Part shown: positions 62,972 through 64,000 of the stretch, one piece after another
Layout of the letters: each line of letters starts with the position of its first letter
Numbering within the stretch: position 1 is the stretch's first letter
Origin: a virus
DNA length: 64,000 nucleotides
Virus record (IMG/VR): IMGVR_UViG_3300032236_001129
Coordinates: 36,207-100,206 of that record
Reading direction: 5' to 3' (one strand)
Notes under the pieces: model-generated
Told to the model about the DNA's origin: nothing
Database searches by the model: none
Seen by the model: the letters and a program-made list of their open reading frames with translations, nothing else
Position numbers and translations under genes: made by a program

Positions 62972-64000
62972 TTAGTTGGTTTCTGCGATGATTACAGACT
63001 GGTCAGTAATAAGACCAAGACCGTAGATAGCATACCATGCAAGAGCGTGCTCACGACCGAAGTCAAGAATACCGCCGTCACGAAGTTCCACAGGAAGTGA
63101 AATAGCGTGACCGAATGCATTGTCACCAATAAAGATTGCTGAGTAGCGATCCTTGTTACCGTTACCGGTCTTTGTAACAGGGGTTGTGTAACCTCCGCCA
63201 GTTGGGTAAACGATATCTCCAGGAGCAACAGTTGAGTCGGTTGTGTAACCGGTACCTGCACCGTTGGTGACCTTCTGGATTTGAGTTGTCTCGATGAAGA
63301 CTGTGTCGTAGAGACGACCAATTTCACCTAGCATGAAGTTACCTGGAGCTGCGTACTTTGTAACTTCGATGAACTCAGGATTGTCACGAAGACGACGTGA
63401 TTGGTGTGGATGCACGAATGCAACGTAGGTCTCGCCAAGGCGAGGGATGTTCTTGGTTGAGAGGCTCTCAACTGCGTCCTTAACAACGTGAGGTGTCAAG
63501 TATGAAGCACCTGTAAGTTCAGCACGGTTTGTAGCTGTTGTGCCGTACTCGTACCAGTTGTTAACGCCTGAGAGAGCTGAGCGATCTTCACCGTAGATAA
63601 CGGAAGAAGCTGCCATGAGGGTATCACGAGCCTGTCCATCAAGGTAAAGTGCCATGTTACGTCCAAGAAGACGTGAAGCTGATGCCATAACGTCATCGAA
63701 TGATGCGTTAAGGAGAAGCTCAGATACTGCAATTGCGAAGCCGTGCTCTGCAACTGTAATAGAGAACTGTTGTGCTGTCAATGCGCTTGTTGACATACGG
63801 ACGCCTTCAACGAGTGAAGATGCGAATCCGAGGTTGTTGTAACGCATGAAGTTGATCTGGAGACCAGGAGCCACGCCAAGTTCTGTCTTCTTGACTGCGA
63901 ATTGTTCGAAGCGCAAGATAGGCATTGATTGGAATAGGATTTCCTTAGACCAGATGGTCTGGATTGCTTGTGTAAGCTGGCTGTTAGCGCCAGAATACGC
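62972..64000 (-). CDS. Major capsid protein (N4-gp56 family, HK97 fold); 5' end lies outside the window
   Basis: Frame open to the window edge (AYSGANSQLTQAIQTIWSKEILFQSMPILRF); YVAFVHPHQ, GEIGRL...FIET, DFGREH..AWY. Confidence 0.9.
   Translation of the reverse strand, partial: AYSGANSQLTQAIQTIWSKEILFQSMPILRFEQFAVKKTELGVAPGLQINFMRYNNLGFASSLVEGVRMSTSALTAQQFSITVAEHGFAIAVSELLLNASFDDVMASASRLLGRNMALYLDGQARDTLMAASSVIYGEDRSALSGVNNWYEYGTTATNRAELTGASYLTPHVVKDAVESLSTKNIPRLGETYVAFVHPHQSRRLRDNPEFIEVTKYAAPGNFMLGEIGRLYDTVFIETTQIQKVTNGAGTGYTTDSTVAPGDIVYPTGGGYTTPVTKTGNGNKDRYSAIFIGDNAFGHAISLPVELRDGGILDFGREHALAWYAIYGLGLITDQSVIIAETN

Noticed and set aside
1-64000. tRNA/rRNA genes, introns, inteins or stop-codon reassignment
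   Set aside because: Intergenic gaps are short and show no cloverleaf; core genes are uninterrupted and of normal length under the standard code.

Overview
A 64 kb, gene-dense segment (about 45% GC, almost all on the minus strand) of a contractile-tailed dsDNA phage. The host is very probably a low-GC, freshwater-type actinobacterium, judged from two WhiB genes, a BldC-like HTH and apparent leaderless promoters. Read in transcription order (right to left), the window holds: an N4-gp56-type major capsid gene cut by the window end; head/neck genes with a large fibre array containing two paralogous three-gene glycine-rich cassettes; a cluster of tiny Lys-rich genes; tail terminator, sheath, tube and assembly chaperone; a tape measure protein with M23 and lysozyme-like domains; baseplate and tail-fibre genes; and a replication/recombination block (initiator, DnaC-like loader, DnaB, primase, dNMP kinase, SNF2 helicase, SSB, family A polymerase, RecA, Cas4-like nuclease, resolvases, SpoVS, metallophosphoesterase). 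It then has a divergent lysis/envelope locus containing the only plus-strand operon, a run of basic orphan genes and a Pol-beta-type nucleotidyltransferase. No tRNA, rRNA, CRISPR array, integrase or reverse transcriptase was seen. Top observations: (1) a PA14-domain exported protein whose signal peptide needs a non-canonical ATA start, coupled to two small membrane proteins and the endolysin; (2) hairpins displaying anti-Shine-Dalgarno loops, one with 11 nt identical to the actinobacterial 16S 3' end, just upstream of polA; (3) a candidate +1 shifty-stop frameshift (UUU-UAA) in the tail chaperone; (4) twin perfect palindromes inside the initiator gene (candidate origin); (5) a duplicated modular glycine-rich fibre system. 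All family calls are by motif recognition; no searches were run.
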